Of a DNA stretch of 64,000 nucleotides, positions 63,010 through 64,000 are shown in pieces (within the stretch, counting starts at the first letter, position 1; every line of letters begins with the position of its first letter). Position numbers and translations under genes: made by a program. The notes beneath the pieces are model-generated. The model did not search any database, had not been told where the DNA came from, and saw nothing but the letters and a program-made list of their open reading frames with translations. The stretch comes from an uncultured Rhodospirillaceae bacterium (GTDB lineage Bacteria; Pseudomonadota; Alphaproteobacteria; UBA6615): positions 553 through 64,552 of the forward strand of contig CAZHBA010000057.1 in assembly GCA_964530225.1 (NCBI GenBank), read 5' to 3'.

Positions 63010-63889
63010 TCAATACTCACGACGTGGTGCGTCGACCCGGGCCAAGGTCAATACATGGACCGCCGAGGTGCCAGCGGCGCTGAATATGCGGGCGCATTCC
63101 GATACCATAGCGCCGGTGGTAAAGACATCGGCGACCAACAGAAGCCGCCGGCCTTCGAGCTCACCTGTCCGGCGCGGATTGACGGCGATGGCGTGGCGCA
63201 CATTGCAACGGCATTAGGCAACGTTGAGGCCAGGCTAGCTCGGAGTATGGCGGTAGCGCTGCAGTAGGTCGGGCGCGAACTGAAGCTCCTGGCCGGCAGC
63301 GCTGCGCGCATACCGCCGGCACCAGCATGGCCGATTGGTTGAACCGCCACCGCATTAAGTACAACCGGTGCAGTGGCACTGGCACGGCCAGGTCGGCATC
63401 GGCGATCAGTTCAGCGCCGACGCATGCCAGTCAATGGCCAAAAGTCGGTGCGCCATAGGTGCAGTCGCCATGCTTGAACACCATCACCAAACGGCGGCTC
63501 CGATCGTCATAGTGCAACACCGCCAGCGCCCGTTCATACCGGGGATGTTCGCGAACGCATGCCCCGTAAACCGCATTCCCATTAGGGTCGAACGAGTAGG
63601 GCACGTCGCAAATGGTGCATTGCGGTGCGGTTATGAACTTGGCGTCGACCCGGCATTCCAAACACAGGCTGCCGGGAGTCGCGACCAGGGTATCGCAAGC
63701 CAGGCACTGGGGCGGCAACACGGCGTTGACCACCCCGCGCAGGGCATTGTTGCGCCTTGGCGCAGTACACCTGGTGGTGGTAAGGGTTGGCTCCAAACCA
63801 TGTATCAGTATCGCCGCATATCGGCTGCGTGAGTCAAACCCCGGATGCGGCCCAATTGTGGACAAGTCGCCTACTTTGCCCCGCCGCAC
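63010..63889 (-). pseudogene. comF: ComF-family protein disrupted by at least two frameshifts.
   Basis: N-terminal double zinc ribbon (CLACD...CLEC...CTICD) in frame A, 63431-63889. DLAVPVPLHRLYLMRWRFNQSAML (the ComF 'VPVPLH...RGFNQ' block) is in frame B, ~63290-63385. The PRTase motif LLLVADVFTTGAM...VHVLTLARV is in frame C, 63010-63201. Confidence 0.6.
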
Positions 63890-63909
63890 CGGCGTGCCAT
63901 ATAGGCTAC

Positions 63910-64000
63910 ATGGCCGACCGTATCGAAGTGTTCGACCGCCGATTACTGCGCCAGCACCGCGAGCGGGCCGCGGTCACCCTGGCGGCGCACGGTTTTCTAA
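63910..64000 (+). CDS. 5' end of a gene running off the window; possibly the methyltransferase usually divergent from comF.
   Basis: ATG at 63910 followed by open frame MADRIEVFDRRLLRQHRERAAVTLAAHGFL to the window end. Confidence 0.35.
   Translation, partial: MADRIEVFDRRLLRQHRERAAVTLAAHGFL

Overview
This window looks like a 64-kb stretch of an alphaproteobacterial chromosome at about 60% GC, mostly conserved core genes arranged in familiar neighbourhoods. Recognisable blocks are:
- carB (3' part) followed by greA
- frmA-like dehydrogenase, then trxB and a LysR regulator
- the glcDEF glycolate oxidase operon on the minus strand
- the aapJQMP general amino-acid ABC transporter
- metZ
- ggt and a MATE efflux gene
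- clpB, a DUF4167 gene, prmC, prfA, hisS, ispG and a RodZ-like gene, all on the minus strand
- lysC divergent from ubiG, then grxC and comF
- a tRNA-Val(GAC) and an unannotated rpmJ that the ORF track misses.

The most interesting items are:
1. selD is recoded. It has an in-frame TGA at the conserved active-site position followed by a SECIS-like hairpin, so it is a selenoprotein and not the N-truncated ORF shown in the track.
2. A tight four-gene operon divergent from an Lrp regulator encodes an ELM1-family putative sugar transferase, a 2OG-Fe(II) oxygenase, a 666-aa three-repeat protein with no recognisable homology, and a dienelactone hydrolase. This is my best candidate for an undescribed system.
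3. A four-gene minus-strand operon combines a DcyD/ACC-deaminase-family PLP enzyme, a gamma-family PLP enzyme, RidA and an SDR epimerase.
4. A DUF1611 protein sits next to an enolase-superfamily epimerase and divergent ggt, resembling the reported DgcN/DgcA D-glutamate pathway.
5. A CaiB/CaiA/CaiD-like CoA-transferase, acyl-CoA dehydrogenase and hydratase cluster has an unknown substrate.
6. Accessory genes are repeatedly decayed while housekeeping genes are intact: a response-regulator remnant beside tRNA-Val, a ptsP stub after lysC, a comF broken across three frames, a frameshifted Sel1 gene and other split ORFs.
7. Two low-GC islets, an inverted-repeat-bounded structured element, a candidate sRNA and a possible SAM-sensing leader upstream of metZ.

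I see no CRISPR array, transposase or integrase.
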